A DNA stretch of 31,246 nucleotides from an uncultured Candidatus Saccharibacteria bacterium (GCA_964621945.1 CAZUOI010000001.1:1-31246), one strand, 5' to 3'. Shown: positions 15,399 through 25,418, counted from the stretch's first letter. Notes: generated from the letters alone by a model not told the origin. Numbers and translations are program-made.

Positions 15399-16019
15399 AT
15401 GGAATTTATTTTTGGAACAATTATTGATTGGGGATTAAATTTAATTTTAGAAATAGGATATTTAGGAATAACTTTGTTAATAACTATTGAAAGTTCTTTT
15501 ATCCCGTTTCCATCTGAAATTGTTATTCCTCCAGCAGCTTATTTAGCTCAACAAGGAGAAATGAATATTTTTCTTGTTATTCTCGCAGGAATAATCGGTT
15601 CTTTATTAGGAGCTCTAATAAATTATTTTTTAGCTTATACATTAGGAAGAAAAGTTGTTTATTCTTTAGTTAATTTAAAAATATTCAGATTTTTATTAAT
15701 AAATAAAGAAAAAGTAGTTAAGGCGGAAGAATACTTTTTGAAATATGGAAATTTTTCTACGTTTATGGGAAGATTTATTCCTGCAGTAAGACAGTTGATT
15801 TCTATCCCGGCTGGATTTTCTAAGATGAATCTTAAAAATTTTATACTGTATACTTCTTTAGGTTCTGGTATTTGGGTTATTGTTTTGGCTATTTTAGGAT
15901 ATTGCTTTGGCTCAAATAAAGAATTAATTGCTAAATATTACGAATATATTTCCATTTCTTTTATTGTTTTATCAATAATTTTAATAGTAGGTATAGTTAT
16001 TAAAAAAAATAAAAAATGA
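15399..16019 (+). CDS. DedA family membrane protein
   Basis: ESSFIPFPSE, GSLLGA..NY..GR, GRFIPAVR..ISIPAG. Confidence 0.92.
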   Translation: MEFIFGTIIDWGLNLILEIGYLGITLLITIESSFIPFPSEIVIPPAAYLAQQGEMNIFLVILAGIIGSLLGALINYFLAYTLGRKVVYSLVNLKIFRFLLINKEKVVKAEEYFLKYGNFSTFMGRFIPAVRQLISIPAGFSKMNLKNFILYTSLGSGIWVIVLAILGYCFGSNKELIAKYYEYISISFIVLSIILIVGIVIKKNKK

Positions 16020-16786
16020 ATAAAAAATTATTAATCGTCGCTAATTGGAAATGCAATCCTGCTACTCGAAAAGAAGCTGAGCATCTTTTTGTATCCGTAA
16101 AAAAGGGGATTAAAAAATTAGATGAAGTTGAAGTAGTTATTTGTCCGCCATTTATTTATTTATCCCTTTTTAAACAAAATACTATTCAGCTTGGGGCCCA
16201 AAATTGTTTTTGGGAGGACAAAGGAGCTTATACTGGAGAGATTTCTTCTCTAATGCTTAAAGATTTTGAATGTAAATATATTATTGTTGGTCATTCAGAA
16301 AGAAGAGATTATTTTAACGAAGCAGATAATAATATTAATAAAAAAATAAAATCTGTTCTTAAAAATAGATTAAAACCTATTTTCTGTGTTGGTGAAAAAA
16401 GTAGGGATTCTTTTGATTCCGAAGGAAAGCCAATAAATGAAATGAGTTTAATTGTCAGTGAACAGATTGAAAAGGGATTAGCAGGAATTTCTCAATCAAG
16501 AATTCCAGATGTTATTATTGCCTATGAGCCAGTTTGGGCAATTGGCACAGGCATCCCATGTTTATCTGATGATGCTATGAAAGCAGCTTTATTGATAAAA
16601 AAGACATTAACAAATCTTTATAATAGATCTATTGCTGAAAGAGTCAAAATCCTTTATGGAGGAAGTGTTATCAGTCAAAATGCAGTTGATTATATTAAAG
16701 ATGCAAATATGGATGGTTTATTAATCGGAGGGTCTTCTCTCAATGCGAGTGAATTTATTAAGATTATTAATAGGATTATTTCATGA
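16016..16786 (+). CDS. tpiA: Triosephosphate isomerase
   Basis: ANWKCN, GAYTGEIS, GHSERR, AYEPVWAIGTG, LYGGSV, GLLIGGSSL. Confidence 0.97.
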   Translation: MNKKLLIVANWKCNPATRKEAEHLFVSVKKGIKKLDEVEVVICPPFIYLSLFKQNTIQLGAQNCFWEDKGAYTGEISSLMLKDFECKYIIVGHSERRDYFNEADNNINKKIKSVLKNRLKPIFCVGEKSRDSFDSEGKPINEMSLIVSEQIEKGLAGISQSRIPDVIIAYEPVWAIGTGIPCLSDDAMKAALLIKKTLTNLYNRSIAERVKILYGGSVISQNAVDYIKDANMDGLLIGGSSLNASEFIKIINRIIS

Positions 16787-17943
16787 AATTTCTTCGTGAT
16801 TTCAATTTTAATAATAAACGTGTTTTGGTTAGGGCTGATTTTAATGTTCCTTTATTAGATAGCAAGAAGATTGCTAGTGATTTCAGAATTAAAGCTGTTC
16901 TGCCAACTATTAATTATTTACTTAATCATCAGGCAAAGATAATTTTATCAACTCATTTCGGGAGGCCAAATGGCAAAGTAATGGAGGATTTGAGAGTTGA
17001 TTTAATTGCAAAAAAAATTTCTGAATTATTGAATCATCCGGTAAAAAAACTTAATGACTGTATTGGTTCAGAGGTTGAACGGGTTATAGAGAAAATGGAA
17101 ATTGGAGAAGTAGTTCTTTTAGAAAATATTCAATTTTATCCTGGAGAAAAAGAAAAAGATTCAAATTACATCAAATCATTAGCTACTTTAGCTGATTTTT
17201 TTGTTCTAGATGCTTTTGGTCAGGTTCATAGAGATTATGCTTCTATTAGTGGATTACCTGAATATCTTCCTAGTTGCGCCGGATTACTTTTAGAAAAAGA
17301 AATAAAGAATCTTTCCAAAATTTTAAATGATTCAGAACCTCCTTCATTAGCAATTATCGGGGGAGTAAAGATTTCAACAAAAATTAAAGTAATTGAAAAC
17401 TTTTTAAATAGAGGTGATGATGTTATTTTGGGTGGAGCATTAGCAAATACAGTTCTTAAGGCTCAAGGTTTTGCTATTGGAAAATCACTTTCAGAAGAAA
17501 GAATGATTGGGGAGGTTAAAAAAATGGAATTAACTAATCCCAAACTGCATCTTCCGGTAGATGCAGTCGTTTCAGTTAGTATTTTAAAAGAAGAAGTTAA
17601 TAGAATTGATGCAATTGGCGGGACAAAAGAAGATGAAATGATTTTAGATGTTGGACCTGACAGTGTCGATCTTTTTAAGGATGTGATTTCTCATGCTCAT
17701 ACAATTATTTGGAATGGTCCGATGGGATATTTTGAAATTAAAAATTTCTCTTCGGGTAGCATAGAAATAGCTAAGGCAGTAACAGAAAATCCTTGTTTCT
17801 CAGTAGTTGGAGGTGGTGATACGATTGCTCTTTTAGATCAATTGAATTTATTAGACAAGATAGATCATGTTTCTACTGGTGGAGGAGCAATGCTTAAATT
17901 TTTAGCAAAAGAAAAACTTCCAGGGATAGAAGCATTAAGTTAA
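16783..17943 (+). CDS. pgk: Phosphoglycerate kinase
   Basis: RADFNVP, THFGRP, LLEN, GGVKISTK, WNGPMGYFE, VGGGDT, HVSTGGGA. Confidence 0.97.
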   Translation: MKFLRDFNFNNKRVLVRADFNVPLLDSKKIASDFRIKAVLPTINYLLNHQAKIILSTHFGRPNGKVMEDLRVDLIAKKISELLNHPVKKLNDCIGSEVERVIEKMEIGEVVLLENIQFYPGEKEKDSNYIKSLATLADFFVLDAFGQVHRDYASISGLPEYLPSCAGLLLEKEIKNLSKILNDSEPPSLAIIGGVKISTKIKVIENFLNRGDDVILGGALANTVLKAQGFAIGKSLSEERMIGEVKKMELTNPKLHLPVDAVVSVSILKEEVNRIDAIGGTKEDEMILDVGPDSVDLFKDVISHAHTIIWNGPMGYFEIKNFSSGSIEIAKAVTENPCFSVVGGGDTIALLDQLNLLDKIDHVSTGGGAMLKFLAKEKLPGIEALS

Positions 17944-17952
17944 TTTTTAATT

Positions 17953-19704
17953 ATGAAATGGAATCTTAAATCAAAAGCGCCGAGCGCTTTTTTGAAACAA
18001 TTTCCGGAGTATTCTCCTTTAATTTGCAATCTTCTTTATAATAGAAATATAAAGACACAGAAACAGATTGATGAATTTTTTAATCCTGATTATTTAGATG
18101 ATATTCATGATCCTTTTTTACTTAAGGGGATGAAAAAGGCTGTTGAAAGAATTGTTAAAGCAATAGAAAAAAAAGAAAAAATATTCATTTATGGTGATTT
18201 TGATGCTGATGGAGTTTGTTCATCAGCAATCTTGTTTTTAACTTTAAAAGAATTGAAAGCTAAAAAACCTGAAATTTATATTCCAGATAGAGATAAAGAA
18301 GGTCATGGTTTAAATGAAGATGCTATTAATTTTTTATCTAAGAAAGGGGCAAAATTGATTATTACAGTTGATTGTGGATGTACTAATTTTAAGGAAATAG
18401 ATTTAGCTAAGTCATTAGGAATAGATGTTATTGTTACTGATCATCATTTATTGATGGACAAAGTTCCAGAATCTTTAATTTTAATTGATCCTTTTCAAAA
18501 AGGCGATAAATATCCTTTTAAAGAATTAGCAGGGGCAGGAGTTGCCTATAAGCTTGCTTGCGCTCTTTTAAAATCTTTTAAAAATAATTCTTTTGAAAAA
18601 TGGCTACTTGATCTCACGGCTATTGCGACGGTGGCTGATATGATGCCTATTATTGGCGAGAACCGCGCTTTAGTTAGGTATGGACTTGGAGTTTTAGCTC
18701 AAACAAAATGGCCTGGTCTTCAGGAATTAATGAAAGTTTCTAGTATGAATCCAAAAATTATTCATTCTTCTAAAAATGGAGAAGCTCCTTTGACCAATCT
18801 TAATACTCATATGCTTGGCTTTGCAATTGGGCCAAGATTAAATGCAGCTGGTCGGATGGACCATGCTAATATTGCTTACAAACTTTTAATCGCCAAAGAT
18901 AAAAAAACAGCCAGCGCTTTAGCCGAACAGATTAATAAGAATAATATAAAAAGACAAAAATTAACTGATGAAATTACGCAGGAAGTTGAAAAACGCTTAG
19001 ATAAAAAAGAAATTAAGAATAATAATTATAAATTTGTTTTTGAAGGAGATCCTGATTGGCCCGTTGGCTTGCTTGGTTTAATTGCAAGTAAAATTGCTAG
19101 GAAATATAATATTCCAACAGTAATTTATCAAGAAAAAGGAGATATGATTTGCGCTTCTTGTAGAAGCATTGCTCAATTTGATTTAATTGGGGCTTTTAGC
19201 GAATGTCTTAATTTTTTTGATGATTTTGGAGGACATAAACAGGCCTGCGGATTCCGCATGAAAAAAGATAATCTTAATAAAGTAAAAAGTGTTTTTGGTA
19301 AAATAGCAGAAAGAGAATTAAAAAACATAAATGTTGAACAAGTTTTAGATATTGATACTGAAATGGAATTAGAAGATATTAGTTGGAAGAATTATGACTA
19401 TCTTCAAAATTTTACCCCTTTTGGAAGAGGTAATCTTGAACCTAAATTTTTAATTAAAAAAGCAGAAATTATTAATTGCCGAACTGTTGGTAATGGAAAC
19501 AAACATTTAAAATTAGAATTAATTGTTTTTGGCAAGAAATCAATGGTTAAAAAAATAAATGCTATTGCTTTTGGTATGGGAGACAAAAGTGAAGCGTTGA
19601 AAAAGGGCAACTTAGTCGATCTTGTTTTTGAATTAATTATAAATGAATGGAACAATAACCGTAATTTAGAAATGAAGGTTATTGATATGAGATTAAGCTT
19701 ATGA
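17953..19704 (+). CDS. recJ: Single-stranded DNA exonuclease RecJ
   Basis: YGDFDADG, TVDCG, TDHH, ATVAD, PRLNAAGR, SCRS, GGHKQACG, C-terminal OB fold. Confidence 0.96.
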   Translation: MKWNLKSKAPSAFLKQFPEYSPLICNLLYNRNIKTQKQIDEFFNPDYLDDIHDPFLLKGMKKAVERIVKAIEKKEKIFIYGDFDADGVCSSAILFLTLKELKAKKPEIYIPDRDKEGHGLNEDAINFLSKKGAKLIITVDCGCTNFKEIDLAKSLGIDVIVTDHHLLMDKVPESLILIDPFQKGDKYPFKELAGAGVAYKLACALLKSFKNNSFEKWLLDLTAIATVADMMPIIGENRALVRYGLGVLAQTKWPGLQELMKVSSMNPKIIHSSKNGEAPLTNLNTHMLGFAIGPRLNAAGRMDHANIAYKLLIAKDKKTASALAEQINKNNIKRQKLTDEITQEVEKRLDKKEIKNNNYKFVFEGDPDWPVGLLGLIASKIARKYNIPTVIYQEKGDMICASCRSIAQFDLIGAFSECLNFFDDFGGHKQACGFRMKKDNLNKVKSVFGKIAERELKNINVEQVLDIDTEMELEDISWKNYDYLQNFTPFGRGNLEPKFLIKKAEIINCRTVGNGNKHLKLELIVFGKKSMVKKINAIAFGMGDKSEALKKGNLVDLVFELIINEWNNNRNLEMKVIDMRLSL

Positions 19705-20135
19705 AAATTACTATTTATACTGATGGTGGCTCTCGTGGAAATCCTGGTCCTTCGGCTATCGGGGTGGTTATTTACAAGGAGAACCAAATAATTAAAACTT
19801 ACTCTGAATTTATTGGAGAAGCGACTAATAACGAAACTGAATATCAAGCAGCTGTTTTTGCTTTAAAAAAAGCAAAGCTTCTTTTTGGAAAGAAAAAAGC
19901 AAAAGAAATGGAAATAGAATTTTTAATGGATAGTGAATTAGCGATTAAACAATTGAATCACAAGTACAAAATTAAGGAAGAAAAATTACAACTCTTATTT
20001 ATTGAAATTTGGAATTTAATTTTAGATTTTAAAAAAGTTAATTTCAAACACATTCCCCGAGAAAAAAACAAAGAAGCTGATAAATTAGTTAATGAGGCGT
20101 TAGACAATCAAGATAGGGAGCAAGTGCTGTTGTAA
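19701..20135 (+). CDS. rnhA: Ribonuclease HI family protein
   Basis: YTDGGSRGNPGPSAIG, TNNETEY, DSEL, PREKNKEADKLVN. Confidence 0.92.
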   Translation: MKITIYTDGGSRGNPGPSAIGVVIYKENQIIKTYSEFIGEATNNETEYQAAVFALKKAKLLFGKKKAKEMEIEFLMDSELAIKQLNHKYKIKEEKLQLLFIEIWNLILDFKKVNFKHIPREKNKEADKLVNEALDNQDREQVLL

Positions 20136-20138
20136 TCC

Positions 20139-20166
20139 TTGACATTGTTTTTAATAGGTTTATAAT
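20139..20166 (+). promoter_or_regulatory. Consensus promoter of rnpB
   Basis: TTGACA (20139-20144), 16 nt, TATAAT (20161-20166). Confidence 0.85.
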
Positions 20167-20174
20167 TAGAAATA

Positions 20175-20534
20175 GTTCAAGTAAATCAAATAGTCAGTCG
20201 CCTTAGGCGACAGGAAAGTCCGGGCACCGATGGAACTTTAGTTCCTGAAAGCGACAGCGGATAACTTCCGCCGAGTGTGAACTTAGGGAAAGTGCCGCAG
20301 AGACAATATTTCTTTATTTTAGGGGAGACCTCCTAAAATGAGGTAAAGGTGAAAAGTGAGGGATTAAGACCCCTCTTTCCGCAGGGAGACCTGTTGGAAT
20401 GGTAAACCCTGTCTGGTGCAAGAGCAAATCCTGATTTATATTAGGAAAAAAGTAGCTCGCTTGAGCTTAATAGTAATATTGAGCCTAGATTAATGACTAT
20501 TTTTAACAGAACCCGGCTTATTATTTACTTGGAC
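20175..20534 (+). ncRNA. rnpB: RNase P RNA (type A-like)
   Basis: P4 motifs AGGAAAGTCCGGGC and ACAGAACCCGGCTTA, AAAGTGCCGCAGA, GGTAAACCC, GCTTGAG..CCTAGAT. P1 pairs GTTCAAGTAAAT (20175-86) with ATTTACTTGGAC (20523-34). Confidence 0.95.
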
Positions 20535-20563
20535 AAAGAGACGCGCTTAGGCGCGTTTCTTTT
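20535..20563 (+). terminator. Intrinsic terminator of rnpB
   Basis: AAAGAGACGCGC-TTAG-GCGCGTTTCTTTT. Confidence 0.85.
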
Positions 20564-20570
20564 ATATTTA

Positions 20571-20599
20571 TTGATTTTTTGCCTATAATTCATTAGGAT
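20571..20599 (+). promoter_or_regulatory. Probable promoter of the glycan cluster
   Basis: TTGATT (20571-76), 17 nt, TAGGAT (20594-99). Confidence 0.45.
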
Positions 20600-20619
20600 T
20601 AGAGTATAAATTAAAAAGA

Positions 20620-22047
20620 ATGAAGAAATCAGAACTTTTTTTTACGACAATTTTAGTCCCCTTAGATTTTTTGATGCTTTTTTTAGCTGGCCTATCTTCT
20701 TATTTTATAAGGACTCATCCTTTGATAGTTCAACATAGACCGGTTCTTTTTTATTTGAATCTTCCTTTGAATAAATATTTAGGATTAGTTGTGGCTGTCT
20801 CTTTGTATTTTTTGATTGTTTTTGCTTTAGTTGGACTTTATAAAATAAAAACGCGTCGCATGATTCTAGATGATTTTTTAAAGATTATTGTTGGAGTTTC
20901 GGCAGGTATTTTCATCTTAGTTTTATATATCTTCATGAGTCGTGAATCATTTGATTCTCGTTTTCTTGTTTTAGCTGGCTGGTTTTTTGCAGTTCTTTTT
21001 GTTTTAATTGGGCGCTTCTTCATTATTCATTTGCAAAAATTTTTAATAAAAAAATATCATTTTAGCACTAATCGCGTTTTAGTAATTGGCAAAGATAATA
21101 TTAGCGAAAAAATAATAAGAAATATTAAAGAAGAACCAAGATTAGGATATTTTTTTGCTGGAAATTTTGATAGTCCTGATTTAAAAAAAATAAAAGAGAA
21201 AATTATTAATTCTAAAGTTGATGAAATTATTTTAGCTAATCTTGATTGGCCTAAAGAAGAAATTATTAAATTAACTAATTTTTGCGAAGAAAACCATATT
21301 GTTTTTAAATTTGTCCCTAATATTTTTCAGACATTAACAGTTAATAGTTCGGCTGTTACTTTAGGAGAAATTCCTTTAATAGAAATAAAAAGAACTGTTC
21401 TTGATGGATGGGGAAGAGTTATCAAAAGAATATTTGATATAATTTTCTCTCTGCTTTTTATTATTATCTTTTCGCCTCTTTATATCTTACTAGCTATTTT
21501 AATTAAAATAGACTCTCGCGGTTCTGTTATTTATAAAGATTATCGTTATGGATATAAGAAAAGAAAATTTAAATTTTATAAATTCCGTTCAATAAAGGCA
21601 GATCTTTGCGATGGCGAATTTGGGACAGAAGAGGGTAATAAGATGCTTAAAAAATTAGAAGAAGATCAAGAAAGGAATATAAGAAATAATAGTCCATTGC
21701 ATAAAATAAAAGATGATCCAAGAGTTACGAAATTAGGAAAATTTATACGCAAGTACTCTTTAGATGAGCTCCCTCAGTTTTTTAATGTTTTAAAAGGAGA
21801 TATGAGTATTGTTGGTTATCGGCCTCATATGTCTTATGAAGTTGAAAAATATAATTTTGAACAGAAAAAAATGTTTTGTTCAAAACCAGGTATAACGGGA
21901 TTAGCGCAAGTTTCAGGTAGAAGCGATCTTAGTTTTGATGAAGAAGTAAAATTAGACCTTTTCTATATTGAAGATTGGTCTGTCAAATTAGATTTAATAA
22001 TTTTATTAAAGACACCATTTGTTATTTTATTTAAAAAACATAAATGA
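20620..22047 (+). CDS. Polyprenyl glycosylphosphotransferase (WcaJ/CpsE-like initiating sugar transferase)
   Basis: N-terminal TM bundle, Rossmann-like middle, C-terminal IKRIFDII, FYKFRSI, DDPRVTKLGKFIRKYSLDELPQFFNVLKGDMSIVG, KPGITGLAQVSGR. Confidence 0.93.
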   Translation: MKKSELFFTTILVPLDFLMLFLAGLSSYFIRTHPLIVQHRPVLFYLNLPLNKYLGLVVAVSLYFLIVFALVGLYKIKTRRMILDDFLKIIVGVSAGIFILVLYIFMSRESFDSRFLVLAGWFFAVLFVLIGRFFIIHLQKFLIKKYHFSTNRVLVIGKDNISEKIIRNIKEEPRLGYFFAGNFDSPDLKKIKEKIINSKVDEIILANLDWPKEEIIKLTNFCEENHIVFKFVPNIFQTLTVNSSAVTLGEIPLIEIKRTVLDGWGRVIKRIFDIIFSLLFIIIFSPLYILLAILIKIDSRGSVIYKDYRYGYKKRKFKFYKFRSIKADLCDGEFGTEEGNKMLKKLEEDQERNIRNNSPLHKIKDDPRVTKLGKFIRKYSLDELPQFFNVLKGDMSIVGYRPHMSYEVEKYNFEQKKMFCSKPGITGLAQVSGRSDLSFDEEVKLDLFYIEDWSVKLDLIILLKTPFVILFKKHK

Positions 22048-23129
22048 AAGTTGCTTTAGTACATGATTATCTTAATCAGTATGGAGGGGCAGAAAGAGTA
22101 TTAGAGGCCTTTTGTCAGATTTTTCCAAAAGCGCCAATCTATACTTTGCTTTATGATAAGAAAAAAACTGGATTTGCTTTTGATAATAAAGATATTAGAA
22201 CTTCATTTTTACAAAAGATTCCATTAATTAAATCGCATCATCGACCCTTCTTAATGCTAATGCCTTTAGCAATTGAGCAGTTTGATTTTTCTGAATACGA
22301 TTTAGTTCTTTCTGATTCTGCTAGTTATGCCAAAGGGATAATTACTTCTCCTGATACTCTTCATATTTGTTATTGTCATACCCCGATTCGTTATGCTTGG
22401 GATGATTCGCATAAATATATTGAAGAATTTGGATATGCTAGTGTTATCAAAAAAATTATTCCCTTTTTTATGAATTATATTCGTGTTTGGGATGAGAAAG
22501 CATCTAAAAGAGCTGATAAATTTATTTCTAATTCAAAATTTGTTTCTGAAAGAATCAAAAAATATTATCATAGAGAATCAGAAGTTATTCATCCTCCTGT
22601 TAAAGCAAATCTATTTTATTTAGCAGAAAAAACAGACGATTATTTTCTATTAGTTGGTCGTTTTTTGCCTTATAAGCGTTTTGATTTAGCAATAGACGCT
22701 TTTAATGAACTTGGGTTTCCATTAAAAATAATTGGAGATGGTCCTGATAGAAAAAGACTAGAAAAGAAATCTAATAAAAATATAAAATTTATTGGTTTAG
22801 TTCCCGATTCAAAATTAAAAGATTATTATGCGCATTGCCAAGCTTTTATTTTTCCTCAAGAAGAGGATTTTGGCATTACAGCTGTTGAAGCAATGGCAGC
22901 GGGCCGTCCTGTCATTGCTTATAAAGGAGGAGGCGCTTTAGAAATTGTTCAGCATGGAATAACCGGCTTATTTTTTGAGAATCAAACTTCAGAAGATTTA
23001 GTAAAAACACTAAAAAATTTCAATGAGTCAGATTTTGATCCTAAAGTTATTAGAGAAAGGGCTATGAATTTTAATGAAGAGAGCTTTAAAGAAAAAATTA
23101 AAAAATTTATTGACAAATCAATACAATGA
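22044..23129 (+). CDS. Glycosyltransferase family 4
   Basis: KVALVHDYLNQYGGAERV, YCHTPIRYAWD, EEDFGITAVEAMAAG. Confidence 0.92.
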   Translation: MKVALVHDYLNQYGGAERVLEAFCQIFPKAPIYTLLYDKKKTGFAFDNKDIRTSFLQKIPLIKSHHRPFLMLMPLAIEQFDFSEYDLVLSDSASYAKGIITSPDTLHICYCHTPIRYAWDDSHKYIEEFGYASVIKKIIPFFMNYIRVWDEKASKRADKFISNSKFVSERIKKYYHRESEVIHPPVKANLFYLAEKTDDYFLLVGRFLPYKRFDLAIDAFNELGFPLKIIGDGPDRKRLEKKSNKNIKFIGLVPDSKLKDYYAHCQAFIFPQEEDFGITAVEAMAAGRPVIAYKGGGALEIVQHGITGLFFENQTSEDLVKTLKNFNESDFDPKVIRERAMNFNEESFKEKIKKFIDKSIQ

Positions 23130-24250
23130 GAATAGGCATCGATACAAGGGTTTTAGCTCGAGGAGCTAGAACAGGAGTTGAGGAATATACAATAAATTTA
23201 TTGTCTAATCTTTTAGCTCTCAACCCAGAAATCAATTACCAGCTTTTTTATAATGCCTATCAAAAAGTTGATTTAGATTATGATTGGCTTTCTTTAGATA
23301 ATGTTAATATTAGAAAATTCAGGATTCCTAATCGAGCGTTATTTGTTAGCGCTCGTTATTTTAATAGTCCTAAGATTGATAAATTATTAGGTGGTCTTGA
23401 TGTTTATTTTAATCCTCATTTTTTTAGAGCGCCTCTATCGCAGAAATGCAAGAAAGTTATTACTTTTCATGATTTGTCATTTGAACATTATCCCGAATTT
23501 TTTTCTTGGCGCAAGCGTCTTTGGCAAAAATTTTTAATGGATGCGAAAAGAGAAGTCCAGAAAGCTGATAAAATAATTGCTGTTTCAGAATCAACTAAAT
23601 CGGATTTGGTTGATTTTTATAAAATAGAACCAAATAAAATTAAAGTAATTTATTCTGGAGTAGGGGAACAATTTAAACAGATGAAGAATAAAAATAGTGA
23701 CATTAGAGAGAAATATAATTTACCTGAAAAATTTATTCTTTACTTCGGTACAATTGAACCAAGAAAAAATCTTATTGGTTTGATAAAGGCATTTGAACTA
23801 TTGAAAGATAAGAATTGTAAACTTGTTATTGCCGGAACAAAAGGTTGGCTTTATCAGGATATTTTTAAAGCAGCAAATAAGTCTAAAAAAAGAAAAGATA
23901 TAATATTTACAGGATTTGTTGAAGAAGCGGACAAACCACATTTATATAATTTATCTGAAATTTTTGTTTATCCGAGTTTTTTTGAGGGATTTGGATTTCC
24001 TCCGTTGGAAGCAATGGCTTGCAGTATCCCAACAATTGTTTCATCTAATTCTTCTTTGCCTGAAGTAGTTGGGAAAGCAGCTTTGATGGTTGATGTGGCA
24101 AATATTGATGAGTTGGCTTGGTCTATGGAAATTGCGCTTTCTGATAAAGAATTAAGAAAAAGATTAATTGAAAATGGATTAAAACAAGCAAAAAAATTCT
24201 CCTGGCACAAGTGTGCTCAAGAGACGTTAAAGGTTCTATTAAATGAATAA
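23126..24250 (+). CDS. Glycosyltransferase family 4 (WbpY-like mannosyltransferase group)
   Basis: RIGID, TGVEEY, HDLSF, GTIEPRKN, PSFFEGFGFPPLEAM. Confidence 0.92.
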   Translation: MRIGIDTRVLARGARTGVEEYTINLLSNLLALNPEINYQLFYNAYQKVDLDYDWLSLDNVNIRKFRIPNRALFVSARYFNSPKIDKLLGGLDVYFNPHFFRAPLSQKCKKVITFHDLSFEHYPEFFSWRKRLWQKFLMDAKREVQKADKIIAVSESTKSDLVDFYKIEPNKIKVIYSGVGEQFKQMKNKNSDIREKYNLPEKFILYFGTIEPRKNLIGLIKAFELLKDKNCKLVIAGTKGWLYQDIFKAANKSKKRKDIIFTGFVEEADKPHLYNLSEIFVYPSFFEGFGFPPLEAMACSIPTIVSSNSSLPEVVGKAALMVDVANIDELAWSMEIALSDKELRKRLIENGLKQAKKFSWHKCAQETLKVLLNE

Positions 24251-25358
24251 AAAAAATCAATTAAAAATAGGGATAGACGCACGTTTTTTTGGACCTAAAC
24301 AAAAAGGCCTAGGCCGTTATGTTCAAAAATTAGTTGAAAATTTAGAAAAAACTGATTTAAATAATAGATATATTATTTTTCTTCGCAAAGATAATTTTTT
24401 AAATTATAATCCAAAGAATAAAAACTTTAAAAAAGTTTTAGCTAATTATAGATGGTATGGATTTAAAGAGCAGATTTTTTTCCCTTTTAAAATAAGAAAG
24501 TATAAAATTGATTTAATGCATTTCCCTCATTTTAATGTTCCTATTTTTTATTTTAAACCATTTATAATTACTATTCATGACTTAATCCTAAAAAGATTTC
24601 CTACTCAAAGGGCTTCCACATTAATTCCTGTCTATTATTGGTTAAAAAATCTGACCTATCAGATCGTTATTCTTTTAGCAATTAAAAGAGCTAAAAAAAT
24701 TATTGCAGTTTCTAATTATACTAAGAACGATATTCTAAAATATTTTAAGATTAAATCAAGTAAAATTAAAGTAATTTATGAGGGAGTGTCTTTAGATTCG
24801 AAGGTTAAAGATGTTTCTTCTAATAATCTTTCAAAAAAATATCTCCTCTATGTAGGTAATGCTTACCCTCATAAAAATTTAGAGCGTCTTATTCTAGCTT
24901 TTAATAAATTAATTAAAGATGAAAGTAATTTATACCTTATTTTAGTGGGGGAGATTGATTATTTTTACAAAAAAATACAAAATAAATTTTTGGATTCAAA
25001 ACAAATTATTTTTACTGATTTTGTTTTAGATAAAGAATTAACTGCTTTATATAAGAATGCTTCTCTCTATGTTTTCCCTTCTTTATATGAAGGATTTGGT
25101 TTGCCACCATTAGAAGCAATGTCTCATGGAGTGCCAGTTATTTGTTCTGAAGCATCTTGTTTGCCTGAAATTCTTGGAGATTCGGCTATTTATTTTAATC
25201 CCCAAGATATTAATGATATAGCTGAAAAAATTAAATATGTTTTGAATAATAAAGATGTTCAGAAGAATTTAATTCTAAAAGGATTTAATCAAATAAAAAA
25301 ATATAAATGGGATAAAATGGCTGAAGAAATATTAGAAATTTATAAATCTGTGGATTAG
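24243..25358 (+). CDS. Glycosyltransferase family 4 (paralog of the preceding gene)
   Basis: KIGIDARF, GLGRY, TIHDL, VGNAYPHKN, PSLYEGFGLPPLEAM. Confidence 0.92.
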   Translation: MNKKNQLKIGIDARFFGPKQKGLGRYVQKLVENLEKTDLNNRYIIFLRKDNFLNYNPKNKNFKKVLANYRWYGFKEQIFFPFKIRKYKIDLMHFPHFNVPIFYFKPFIITIHDLILKRFPTQRASTLIPVYYWLKNLTYQIVILLAIKRAKKIIAVSNYTKNDILKYFKIKSSKIKVIYEGVSLDSKVKDVSSNNLSKKYLLYVGNAYPHKNLERLILAFNKLIKDESNLYLILVGEIDYFYKKIQNKFLDSKQIIFTDFVLDKELTALYKNASLYVFPSLYEGFGLPPLEAMSHGVPVICSEASCLPEILGDSAIYFNPQDINDIAEKIKYVLNNKDVQKNLILKGFNQIKKYKWDKMAEEILEIYKSVD

Positions 25359-25375
25359 TTGGAACAATATAAATA

Positions 25376-25384
25376 TGATATAAT
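25376..25384 (+). promoter_or_regulatory. Extended -10 promoter for DUF4012-murJ-lepA
   Basis: TG-A-TATAAT at 25376-25384; no good -35 at correct spacing. Confidence 0.5.
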
Positions 25385-25385
25385 A

Positions 25386-25413
25386 AAAGCACCTGACATA
25401 ATTTAGGTGTTTT
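25386..25413 (+). terminator. Hairpin, probable terminator of the glycosyltransferase operon
   Basis: AAAGCACCTGA (25386-96) pairs with TTAGGTGTTTT (25403-13), 6-nt loop, T-rich 3' side. Confidence 0.5.
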
Positions 25414-25418
25414 GTTGT

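Noticed and set aside
23154-23168. Palindrome TAGCTC-GAG-GAGCTA in a GT4 gene
   Set aside because: A single 6-bp stem explained by the LARGAR coding sequence.
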